From the NCBI GenBank assembly GCA_951406725.2, contig OX597836.1, positions 21,018,001 to 21,082,000 on the forward strand: a stretch of DNA of 64,000 nucleotides, read 5' to 3'. This DNA is from Octopus vulgaris (lineage: Eukaryota). Below are positions 53,481 through 64,000 of the stretch, piece after piece. Position numbers and translations under genes: made by a program. The notes below the pieces were generated by a model. It was not told where the DNA came from. It ran no database searches and saw nothing but the letters and a program-made list of their open reading frames with translations. The stretch's first letter is position 1. Each line of letters opens with the position of its first letter.

Positions 53481-54984
53481 GCATCTTTTAATGGGCCCCC
53501 TAGTGTCTATCACAGAACTCAAAAATGGAATTTGATGGTTTGATGAACAAAGAATTAGCATCTCGTGAAAATTCAACATTTGTTCTTCCACATCATTCAT
53601 CTCTCATTTATTTAAGAGATGAACTCGATCGTTCAAAGTCAATTGGGTTGCAAAAAATATAAGCATGATTCTTATGATAGATGTAACAATCACAGGAAAC
53701 CTCATAGACGTGCAACACCATTACCACTTTAATTAATGCTAATCACAAGTTAATCAACTACAAGAGTAGTTAGGAAGTTAATCAATGCTTGGTTAAGAAG
53801 TTCATTTTGTAACCATGTGATTCAATCTTTGATATCACTGCACAGTACTTTGACTTCTGCCAGAACCTCAGGTTGACCAATGCCTTATGAATGGAATTTA
53901 GTAGACACAAACTGTAGAGAAGTCCATCATATATATGTGTGTGCATGTTTGTGTGAATGTATATGTCTATGTTGTCTGGCTTTTGACAATGTATATTGGA
54001 GAAAGATGTAAACATCATTCAGAAAACTGAAAAGTAATGTTATTTCAAATGAAGTCCCTCATGATATTTGCTCTGCACTGAGGTACAGACACTCCATTGT
54101 TACTCTTGCCAGCAAAAAATGTAGTGACCAGTGACTGTTCCTTTGAGAATCTGTCATCAATGATGACAGTGTTCACCAATTATGACATAAAATAAATAAG
54201 TACTAATCACCTAAATTTAAAACCCCTGTATTGAATATGTCGACCGAAAGAAATAATTCAATATGGCTGTCTAGAAGACGTGATCATTTTAAAGATAAAC
54301 TACTTTCGAGTACTTTTATTATAGTTCCTGTCAAAGTTGATCTTCAGCAAAGAGATGAATTAACCAGATAGAACATGCTGTGACAGCAGCAACTGTTCAG
54401 GTTTTCTATTGTTTTATATTTTGGGTTTTTCGTTTTACTTTCTGTTTTTCCATTTACCTTAATTAGATGTAGCTCAGTTTATAAATATTTCTATATGATT
54501 CAAGATAAATGAAATTCTCTGGAGACTCAGTCAGAGGTCCAACTGTTGCAGAGAAAAACAGAGAGGGAGTTATGATGAAGGCTGGCTTTAATTTAATAGT
54601 GAAAAGAAAAGACAGGCCTAAGATTAGGTTATGTCAACATAAATGGAACAACACATTGAAGACACTGTTGCTAGGAAATTATGCATAAATTTAACAACAC
54701 AACATAAAATTTACTGATAAAGGAAACTAAATCAACTAAAAAGCCAAAGCATGCAGTGAAACACTTTCCATATGCACTACCTCCAAGAAAGAAAACTTAG
54801 GATATATAGGAAATAATTTTAACATACCATTAAAATTCAAAGCATCACAAGGAAGGTGCTAAAACCAAGTGATACACCAAATTTTGTGAATCAACTACAC
54901 AGAACAGAAAAGCATAAAAATACTTTCTCCTACAAAATTTAATACTACTTCTTTTACTAGCAGTATTTCTGCTAGTAATAACTC

Positions 54985-55390
54985 TTTCTACAATAGGCAT
55001 AAGGTCTAAAATTTGGTGGGAGGGATCTAGTCAATTACATCGATCCCCTGATACTTTACGGATACTTATTTTATCGACCCTGAAAAGATGAAAGCAAAAT
55101 TGACCTCAGCAGAATTTGATCTCAGAAAGTAAAGCCAAAAGAAATGCTACAAAGCATTTTATCTAGTGCGCTAACAATTCTACCAAATTACCACCTTTAT
55201 AACTATAATAATAAGGCTGGAAATTTTGAAGACAGGGGTCTAGTTGATTACATCAACCCTAGTACTTGACTGGTATTTATTTTTATCAACCCCATAACGA
55301 AGAATGGTAAAGCTGACCTTGGCAGAATTTAAGCCAGAGTAAATGCTGCTAGCCATTTTGTCCAATGTACTAACGATTCTTCCAACTCGT
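54985..55390 (-). mobile_element. Two tandem family B SINEs
   Basis: Two repeats of tacatcgaccc..tacttattttatcgaccc..gacctc.gcagaattt. Confidence 0.8.
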
Positions 55391-56154
55391 CACAGTAATA
55401 ATATCACTATTATTATTGACATATCCATTTTTCATTTACCATTGCCCATCTCAGTTGCTGTATATCACTCACTCTCTCACCATTACCCTTATTTTACTAT
55501 CCAATTACACCTCTGATATTATTTCTATTCAATCTCCTTATAAACAACCAGTATATAGCTGTCACTGTCTCTCTTCTATTACTCCAGTCTCTATCATTGT
55601 CTTGCTCCTACCACTATTTCTCTCAATTATACCCATATCCTCACTCTTTCTTCATAAACCACTCCTCCCCATTTAGTCATTACTCTCTCTTTTATTCACC
55701 CTCTCTATTATAATTACTTTGAATAGACAAATAAAACAAGAATACAGAAGTCCCTCAGCCTAACAGAGGACATGGCAAACTCTAGTGCTGGTACCATAGT
55801 AAAATGTACCTACATCAGTCTGTAAAGTAGCTGGTCTTAGAAAAGGCATCTGGCTATAGAAACAGTGTACCAAAAATGGAATGTACGAATTTTCTTCCAA
55901 CCCTCCTAGGTAGGTATTAGCTCCAAACAACTAATTCAGACCATAACAACCCGTCCAACCCATACTAGCATGGACTATAGATATGCAGAGGTGGTGGTAG
56001 TGGTGGTGGTGGTGATGGTTATGATCATGATGGTTGTCGTTATTAAACTATGGTAATGTGATTCTGTCAATAAAACCCATCCATTGGGTGTTTATTTTCA
56101 ATTAATTGATTCGTTAATTAACGAGCCAATTGGCTTTTGACACTCTACTCTGAC

Positions 56155-56220
56155 CTTTTCACTGACTTTCTTTGATCTCTTCCACTTTGTACAAGCTCCT
56201 TCACAACTCTAAGCACAAAT
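56155..56220 (-). other. Candidate 66-nt (or 54-nt) symmetric exon
   Basis: cttattcttctctgtgaatttgtag|A FVLRVVKELVQSGRDQRKSVK AG|gtcaga. An alternative donor gtcagt gives 54 nt in the same phase. Confidence 0.25.
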
Positions 56221-59200
56221 CTACAAATTCACAGAGAAGAATAAGATTCTGTAACATTCATGCTTTTCTCATAGGCATTAACAGCATTACTGATGTGAAC
56301 TGACAACTAATCTGCATGTAATCCAAATAAGGGAGCTACCAGCCAATGCACAAATTTGAAAGACTAACCTACTAGAAATAGTTTATAACCCTTGATCATA
56401 TAAAGTAAAGAATGACACAACAGATAATGCAGTCTTAGATATTAAGTGATGGTCACAACTGGAATAAGGTCTAGATAACAACAACTGGCTCACAAAGTTA
56501 ACCTACCAGAAATTTTGTTGCTTATTCTGTGACTAAATAATTCAGGTGTTACATCATCCAATAAATCTCAAAGGTACAAGATAATGATGCATGATTAATT
56601 CCAAGCAATGTGAATAAATAAGCAATACTTCATCTCACATTGTTTCAGTCATCAACTCAGCTGAAATGAGCAACAACAAAGTACTGATGTAGCCCTCTCT
56701 TTCTCTCCCTCCATTTATCACATCATAGATGCTTTACTGGGTCAAGGATATGAGGATCAAGAGGGATTCTATGATTGGCCTTAATTACATAGGTCCTTAA
56801 AACAATTAGTGTAACAATGGTACATACTACCACGTCCTCATTGATTCTGAATGATGCTGTCGTTTTAGATATCCAACATTTGAAAGACTAATCTAAGACT
56901 AGTTTATAACCTTTCAGCATTCAAACCAGCCGTATCCAACCCAAATATTCTGTTGTGTGTTCAAACTGACCAGGTTAAGTCTCTCACATCTACCCTGCAA
57001 TGTCATTATAAAAATAAAACAATTACATCATCAAAATCTCAAAGGTACAAGATAATGATGCATGATTAATTCCAAGCAATGTGGATAAATAAGCAATATA
57101 TGACAGAATAATTTGAAAGCTAAAGGGTTCAATTAACATTATAATAATTGATATTCTTTTTTAATTCTTTTTAATTTTCTTTCATGTAATTTTCATATCT
57201 ATATTCTTACTCAACTTAAAATATACAGTAGTGAGATATATGGAAGAATAGATAAAATTACAAAATGAGTAACTACTTGATGCTTCTCACATACTTTTCA
57301 TATATACTTATAGTTACTTTGAAAAAAATGTAAGTGTTCCATTATTTTTAGTTCTGTCTGTTTGTGAAATGCAATAACTATTTTGGAAACAAATTCATCA
57401 TAATTTTCCATGTATTTATAGCTTTAGATGATATAACAAAAAAAAGATAAACCAAAATAAAATAAGAGTAAAACTAATGATTTCTACGTTGTCATGAGAT
57501 TGCAAATTTTGGTGGATGAGTGGTAGCCAATGAAAGTGACCCCAGCACTTCATTGATATTTTATTTTACCAATCCAAGAAGATGAATGGCATAATTGAAA
57601 TGAAAGGAATTTGAACTCAAGGACATTTTCAGTGTAAAGGGTTTTGTTATTTAATAACATACATTTTGTCTAATACTAACAATTCTACCAAAGTACACTG
57701 AATGAAAAGCTGAGAACAAGAAAGCAAATAAAGTTCCAATATTAAATAACAACTACAGTATAGAAAAAAATAACAAGGATCACCTAAAATGAGGGGTCAA
57801 CAACATCAGGTGATTCAGGGCATTCCACACACAATCTCAGTTAATCCTGACAAGCCAAACCCAAGTTCCTTCTCCTAGTCTTTACAACCAACCTCTTTTA
57901 ATGATATTTGAAGAAGTTGATGAGAGGAAAGGCTCTGTCCTCAAACCTATCTGTCATATCCATCAATACCTGATTGGTACTGAACCTTTAATTGCAGTTT
58001 GACATCAGCTTGTGAAGGGATGTAACTAAATATTGCAAAAACATACTGTCTGATGCTCTACTGATTCTGAAATTCACAATACTTTTTTTATAATGGTAAT
58101 AATGTTTACTGATTTTGGTACATGACCACAACATTTTGTGGGATATATGTATTTGATTTAATTGACTCTGGTAGCTGAATGAGAGAGCTGGACATCATTA
58201 TTTAGACTAACTTTAAAAAAAAAGATCAATGAGTCAGTGTTCTAGATTAAAATTACAAGAGGTAAATTTTGTTTTTCATTTACTGAGATCAATAAAAGAA
58301 TGGAGTTCATTATATCAAATACATTACTTCTCCTTGAGAAACAAATGGACCTGGTGTCAGCACAAACAATATTGTACCAAAGAACTATATGATTTACTTT
58401 ATGGCAGCTCACTTTATGTTCAGAATTCTGCATTCAAATATCAGAGTGTTTTTGACTTTGCTCTTTCATCTTTCTAGAGTTAAGAATTAGTTGCATTAGT
58501 TGTTGTAGCAGTTGTTATTGTTGTTGTTGTTGGTAGTGGTGTTGCTTAGCATCAAATTGGTTTTGATCAGGCAAGCTTGTGATCAAAAGCATTCAAACTA
58601 TGACCATCCATATAATATGTATGGATGGATGTGTCTACGGATATCTTTCACTGACGTCAGTAAAGAACATAAACAGCAGTGAGAAAAACCAACAATGAAA
58701 AAAAAGACAAAAAAAAAACAGTGCTTTATAAATGAAATCTCATGATATATTTGTTTTGCACTGGGTTACAGGCACTCCCTGGTCACTTTACCTTCAGAAA
58801 TACAATGAACCAATAACTGACTCATTGTAAACCTGACTGTAGTGGCCCTCATATTAGATTCATTTTTTAAAGACAGATAGTGCAGTTATGGCTGTGTGGC
58901 TAAGAAGTTTGCTTTCCAGCCATGAAGTTTCAGGTTCAGTCCCACTGTATAGCAACTTAGGCAGGTGTCTTATACTATTGCCTCAAGCCAACCAATGTTA
59001 CTTTACAAGTAACATTGGTACATGGAAACTGTGCAGAAACCTATCATATACATATAAAAAAAAACACCTTTTTTAAGTCTGGTATTTATTTTATCAACCC
59101 CTATTTGTTGGACTGCTATGTTACAAGACACAGTTAACCATGAACACAAATATACATGCACATGCATACAGATACATTTGAAGAAGGCATGTGGCCTAGT

Positions 59201-62145
59201 AAGGGTATTAGACTCACAATTGCTGGTTCAATTCCTGGAGCAGGTGATGATTGTGTCCTTGAACAAGGTACATCATTTCATATTGCTCAAGTCTATTCAG
59301 CAGAAACCTAATGTTGTCACATCCTCAATGGCAAATGCATGATACAAGCTACCAAATCATACTTGCTTGAGAGTGATAGCTAGGTTATATACATGCGCCC
59401 ACACATAATGGGTTTCCATTGAAGTTACTTGTCCAACATGCCACACAATGAGATCAAACCCAAACCACATCGCTATGCTTGCCTTTTCTTTTAACAATGG
59501 CATTTTTACTTCTGTTGGAAAACTAAGAATGCTTTTCTTCAACACCTTATAATTACTTGTGTTCTTATGTAAGAAACTTTTAAAATCAAAAATGACCGAC
59601 AAAAACAGTACACGTGTTAGAGAGGTGGGTCTGTTAAATACAATGAAGCAGTTAGTTCAAAACATCACAGTTCTGAGTTCAATTCCTAATAGAAACTGAC
59701 TTCTAAATTTCACACCAAGAAAAGTTTGTTTTTCAAATGATTGAGAAGCAAGTGTCTGTGTGGTTGAGAAATTTGATTCCCATGTGGTTTTGTGTTCAGC
59801 CCTACCTTAGCCCCAGGTCAACTGAACCATTGTGAGTGAATTTTGTAAATGGAGGCAAAAGGAGGTCTCCACGCTGTGTGCATGTGTGTGCATGGGTTTT
59901 TTTCTCTTGTAGTCTTGACATCATGGGTAGTTGCAAATTAATGTCACCATCATACAAGCAATGTCATTCATTTCAATCTTTGGTGAAAACATGTCTGGCT
60001 ATGTGGAAATATTACCTTGTTCTGTCGACAGAAAAGGTACCTGATCATAGAAAAACTTCCTCAATAAATTCTGTCAAGCATGGAAAAGTGGAAATTAAAA
60101 CTGATGATGATGAAATATCAGTCATATACTGAGGACAAACATTACACACACACACATCTGTAGACACATCCATTCATGCAAACATATATATATATATATA
60201 TATTCCTACCCTTTTCATAGTTGGCTCTGTTCCTAGTCAAGAGAAGAATCATTATTCATAAATGTTATTCAATGGATTATGAATTCCATCAGGAGAAAAC
60301 CAATTTACTTCTGTCACTATAGATTTTGAGTAATTAGTTGAAGACATTCATATTTATCCCAAATGAATAATCTAAAGGGGGAATTTTTAGACACTGCTTG
60401 TGTCAGCTGCATACTAATTCTGAATAAAGATAGTGAGCAAAGCCCAACAGAGCAAGGTCATTGTTTAAATACATACACACATGCACATTTTTTATCATGC
60501 ACAAAACAAACAGAATGTAGTAGATCTTAGAGATAAATTTAATGTAGTTAGACATTAGCTTATAATGCCTATATAGCTACATTAGAGAAAAATACAAAAA
60601 TGTAAGTACATCTTGTTATTCACTGCACAGACAAGAAAATATGGAGATTGCCCTTACATGCTTTATGACTGATTGGCTCCTCTTCAGAGGGCAAACACTC
60701 TTCACCTTTCTGACTATGAAGAGAACAAATATTATACAATATATGCATATATCTCTCCAGAGTAGAAGTTGCAGAGACTTATTTTCAAGTTACTTGGGCA
60801 TGTTACTAACACTGATGCCATGAAAAGAGTACCCAGTATACTCTGTAAAGTGATTGGTTTTAGCAAGGGCATCCAGCCATAGAAACCATGCCAGAGCAGA
60901 CACTGGAGCTTGACACAGTCCTTTGGTTTATCAGATCCTTTTGAACCATCCAACTTATGCCAGCATGGAAGATAGATGTTAAACGATCATGATAATAAAT
61001 GTATGGGTTGCAGTTCAAAGGAGGACGAACTGAACAAAGAGCTTTGAGCAGTGTCTGAATGAGAAAATGCAATAAAATGATGAGAGGAGGAAAGGGCTGT
61101 TTCATGAATTCCTGATAGGGTGAGTGTATCAAGCTAATTTTTAGGGCATAAGTCTTCCATCTATACTCTAAATTTAAATGCTATTATGACTGATACATAT
61201 GTATCAGTCAAGTCTTGAAACAGAGGAACTTTCAATTTTATTCTTAGCCTACATTTATTTTTATCTCTCAGTAATAAGGGAAGGGCAGTGCCCATGAAAG
61301 AAATCCAAAACTGGTGAGAGAAAAAGAGGAAGCTATCCTCCAATTAGAAACCTGACCCGAATACTTGCAACAGAATGAACTCCACTAAAAGAAACCAAGG
61401 TGCCAGGTTGTGGCATTGAAGTGGTGATAGGTTACGTCAACCATCCAAGCAGGCCATGGAGGAATTTAAACTCAGAATGCAAACAACTGGGACAAATACA
61501 GCGTGTCATCTTGTCCAATGATCTAATGTTACCACCAGTCCACCAATCTAAACTGCCACTTTATTTATCGACTGCAGAAAGATGAAAGTTGACCCTGCCA
61601 GGGTTTGAACTCAGAACCCAAGGTGCTGGTAAAATACCACAAGGTACTTTGTCTAATGACTACCAATTTACCTTACAAATTTGTTCCTTACACCAATGTG
61701 AGAAATCAATATATACAGAATATAAATAGACTTCAAATATCCACAATTACATCATATGAATTTTTAAATTATATTTTCATTAACATTCTTCTCATGATAA
61801 ATAAATTAATTTATTGTTAAAACTTATTTAAAAAGCTATTTCCTTTGTGTTTATTTTTGAGTGCAGGAAATAAATAAAAACAAACAGGCATGGAACTCTA
61901 TAATATTGTTAGATAATAGTATGTTTGCCATACTCAAACAGTTTTTAGAAAATTTTATACAGAAAGAACATTAGAAGTTTGAAATATAAATTTAAGATCA
62001 GTTACTAGCTCCTCATGAGTAGTCCAACAAGAGTTTGTCTTCTTGTAATAAAAATACTAAATGGATTTCAGAAGTTAAAGAGAAATTCTATAGTCAAAGT
62101 GATATCCAAGATGATTTTCTTATTGAAAGACAGACGAAAGTTTAA

Positions 62146-62352
62146 TCCTTTTCATAGCAACTCACCTGTAACTGATCTTGGTTCTATGACACAAAGTTCC
62201 TGTTTTAAAGTGATCTAAAAGCTTTCGTGATAATTTATGTTCCAAACCCAAAGTTAATATTGACTATGCTGTCTTTATTAAATTTTTCATTGTTTTTGAA
62301 ATTAATTGAAAGAAAGACAGTATTTTTCAACAGAAATATAATAACAAAAGGA
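62146..62352. mobile_element. piggyBac-type MITE (type 2, decayed)
   Basis: TTAA|tcctttt ... aaaagga|TTAA. Related copies at about 8440-8630 and 62390-62620. Confidence 0.7.
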
Positions 62353-62907
62353 TTAAATATTGTATGATTATCAGTCTGTGTTATGTATTCACCTGAGATG
62401 TCCCCACTATCCATTCTATATATGTACACACACACAAACTTCTTGTTCTAAAGTAATCTAAACTAAAAAAAAAAAACCTTTCATCAAAATTTCATGTTAA
62501 TCTACATTCCAAACACCAGTATATTAATGATGACAAAGTTCTTTTATTAAATTCTTCATTATTTTCAAACTTAATTGAAAGAAAGGTAATGTATTTCAAC
62601 GGAAATATGGTAACCAAAGAATCTATCAAGTTTCTGCAGTTTGTCCTGCAGGTTATCGATTGATATAGATTATATACTATGAGAGGGTCTCCTTGGAAAG
62701 GAAATGTTTCCTAGCCTGTTTTTGGAAAGCAATACATTCCCTAGCAGTTGACAGCAGATTTCCTTGTAAGCTTCCCACATACCTATAGGATCGGACAAGA
62801 AGTCAGCCCCAGGTAGCACAGATCCAAGTTACTGCAAATAGGTGTTGTTTACACTGTCATTTTTGAGCCAGTCAACATCTAGTCTGGGACTGGCTGCCTT
62901 CAATCTC

Positions 62908-63198
62908 TTACATTTGACGGATATTTGTCCTCATCTTGTTTGTTGTTAACACAATGTTTCAGCTGATATACCCTCCAGCCTTCATCAGGTGTCTTGGGGA
63001 AATTTCGAACCTGGGTTCTTGTTCCTAGGGTATTTTTCGATGTTATTATTATTATATTATTATTCAGGTCACTGCCTGGAATCGAACTCAGAATCTTGGG
63101 GTTAGTAGCCCACGCTCTTAACCACTATGCCATATGTCCATGGGCATATCTGTCAAATGTAAATAATGTCCATAATTCCTCATCTCTTAAATATAGAA
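62908..63198 (-). mobile_element. tRNA-headed SINE carrying a hammerhead motif, with partial inverted duplication
   Basis: A box TGGCATAGTGG (63122-63132) and B box GAGTTCGATTCC (63078-63089). Hammerhead motif at 62948-62993. Inverted repeat at 62908-62924 / 63146-63162. Confidence 0.82.
62948..62993 (-). ncRNA. Minimal type I hammerhead ribozyme motif (probably decayed copy)
   Basis: GACAC-CUGAUGA-A-GGCUG-GAGGGUAUAU-CAGCU-GAAA-CAUU-GUGUU: intact core, 5-bp stem I and 5-bp stem II. Stem III ACAU looks like CpG-decayed ACGU. Confidence 0.7.
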
Positions 63199-63432
63199 GT
63201 GTCATAAGACTTCAGTTGCAATCTCAGCCACAAGATGTCTATGACCAGTACCCAAGATACTAGCATCATGAAAAACTCTGTGGTTCTGTAGGAGTCTCCT
63301 GTGGCCATCTACAAGTATGTGGTTGATCTCCTTTGCCACATGGCCAGTATTGGACTAGCAAGTCCAGTAATGCAGCTCAGGACATTGGTACCAGGAGTCA
63401 GGAATGCAAAGTCCATGGCTTTTGGCAGTAAA

Positions 63433-64000
63433 TTAGCCAAAGGGCAGGAAGGTAGCCAGTGTTTATGGTATCAAAAGGGTGGAGACGATCAAGAAAGGTG
63501 GGCCGGCTGCAGTCTTGTTCTTGTGGCAGATCATCTGCTCAATCTGGAGTGTTGGCGTCTTACTGCTGGACAGGAAGAGAAGCATACTTATCCCACTCCA
63601 GAAAGGTAAAGGTGACTGCCATGACTGCAACAATTATAGCGCTATTACACTCCTCTTAGTGCCCAGCAAGGTCTTTGCAGAGTCATCCTGAACAGAGTGT
63701 GAAATCATCTGCTTATGTCTTTGGAGCCAGAGCTGTCAGGGCCCATGCCAAAGAGACCAACTACTGACAGGATCCTGGCTCTTCATGTACTCATTGAATG
63801 CAAGCAGAACTTTTAATAAGGGCTGTTTGCAGCCTAGGTTTACCTCAACAAGGTACTTGATAATGGACTCACTTGACAAGGGTGTTTGGTGCTGCCGATA
63901 TCTGAGTAGGAGGATGAAGTTTTAGATCTTTAGGTTTCTCCAGTTCTATAGTTGGGAGACTTGCACACTGTCCAGGGATCTAAAGTGTCACCTGAACCCC
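63433..64000 (+). mobile_element. RTE-clade LINE reverse transcriptase fragment
   Basis: ILIPLQKGKGDCHDCNNYSAITLLLVPSKVFA..RVILNR..TTDRILALHVLIE..GLFAA*VYLNKVLD, then a deletion to MDSLDKGVWCCRYLSRR. Confidence 0.9.

Larger units (their letters stand above)
62620..63432 (-). mobile_element. RTE-clade LINE, AP-endonuclease C-part and linker (interrupted at 62908-63198)
   Basis: Minus-strand translation AKSHGLCIPDSWYQCPELHYWTC*SNTGHVAKEINHILVDGHRRLLQN..GTGHRHLVA (IDHIL/TDH motifs), then RLDVDWLKN..KHFLSKETL. Confidence 0.85.

Noticed and set aside
63066-63139. tRNA genes (also at 7163 and 44631)
   Set aside because: A and B boxes are present, but I could not build a full cloverleaf, and each continues into a SINE body.

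Overview
AT-rich eukaryotic DNA dense in microsatellites and repeats. The SINE, LINE and MITE repertoire looks like a coleoid cephalopod (Octopus-like) genome, which is my inference from recognising repeat types. No intact long CDS, rRNA or genuine tRNA gene is present, and nearly all listed ORFs are microsatellite or repeat artefacts. Supportable content: decayed R4/Dong-clade and RTE-clade LINE fragments, several tRNA-derived SINE families (CORE-like, Meta-domain-like, tRNA-Arg-like), an internally deleted DD37D/maT-like transposon, mariner ends, piggyBac-, hAT- and Tc1-type MITEs, and a non-autonomous Helitron. The + strand is visibly A-rich and strong splice signals sit on the - strand, so the window is probably intronic sequence of a large minus-strand gene. 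Most interesting: (1) three minimal hammerhead-ribozyme motifs, all on the - strand, one inside a tRNA-headed SINE with Penelope-like inverted architecture; (2) candidate recursive (AG|GT) splice sites and a chain of candidate microexons; (3) a perfect 76-bp (ATT)12(AAT)12 palindrome joining two opposed R4/Dong fragments; (4) a 4x161-bp array of SINE Pol III heads; (5) a 55-bp-arm foldback. All reading and translation was done by eye. Boundaries of decayed repeats are approximate, and the family labels A-D are my own.
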